Source: Cirrosporium novae-zelandiae (taxonomy: Eukaryota). Taken from it: a stretch of DNA of 64,000 bases. This document shows positions 63,622-64,000 of the stretch, in pieces. The notes under the pieces were generated by a model. It was not told the DNA's origin. It saw nothing but the letters and a program-made list of their open reading frames with translations, and did not search any database. Numbering within the stretch: position 1 is the stretch's first letter; each line of letters opens with the position of its first letter. The DNA lies in assembly GCA_026023565.1 (NCBI GenBank), contig JAPETS010000012.1, positions 682,001 through 746,000 of the forward strand, given 5' to 3'. A program made the position numbers and the translations under genes.

Positions 63622-64000
63622 GTAAAGGGAGAGAAGAACGCGATATCACATCTGCGAATGATATTTATGCGACTCTTCTGATATCCCAGAGAATGCTACT
63701 TTCGGAGACCTCGGAAGCTTTTGCCGAATTAAAGGGAGGAGTGGAGAGTAATTATTGATAATTGGAAGAGCAAGGAGATAAGGTCATTCATCGGGAAGTG
63801 GACAAACACCACTAGGAGTGAATGGCCCTCAGTCTCCACGAAATTTGGGTGATTTAACAAGTCATGCAAGAACTCTTCGTTCAACAAGGTATTACATCTA
63901 TATTTCTATATAGAAAACCACTGTTGATGCTGGAAGTTGAAATCCAAAGTTGCATTTCTTTGGGTTAAGGTGCGCCGGCTATAGCCCCTTTGCCCCCAAC

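Overview
Eukaryotic, intron-rich fungal DNA. Short GT-AG introns with CTAAC-type branch points, a Zn2Cys6 factor and a KapC-like bZIP point to a filamentous ascomycete (Pezizomycotina). I can support about 21 protein-coding genes, mostly housekeeping: profilin, GOT1, IES6, ARP5, kapC-like bZIP, GPI-type aspartic protease, MCP1-like, C2H2 zinc finger, F-box-like, PDB1, ERG6, SLT11, MZM1, BRL1/BRR6, hydantoinase-DUF917 fusion, Atg22-like MFS, FKBP12, HIS2, Zn2Cys6 TF, TMEM135-like and one Pro/Ser-rich hypothetical. There is also an intron-containing tRNA-Ile(AAT), a 131-bp TIR/TA-flanked MITE-like element and a decayed secreted-protein pseudogene. The most interesting signal is the ~1 kb between the head-to-head INO80 partners IES6 and ARP5. 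It is densely base-paired on the + strand, and its layout (enclosing helix, CCCTAA-containing template-like segment, pseudoknot, distal multi-way junction) resembles a telomerase RNA with an atypical template. Two further structured-RNA candidates are reported (H/ACA-like at ~8.1-8.2 kb; UUCG-capped multi-stem at ~54.0-54.2 kb), along with a divergent hydantoinase/DUF917 plus transporter pair and recurrent homopolymer-rich islands built from diverged tandem duplications. All exon boundaries and base pairings were read by eye; no database search was run.
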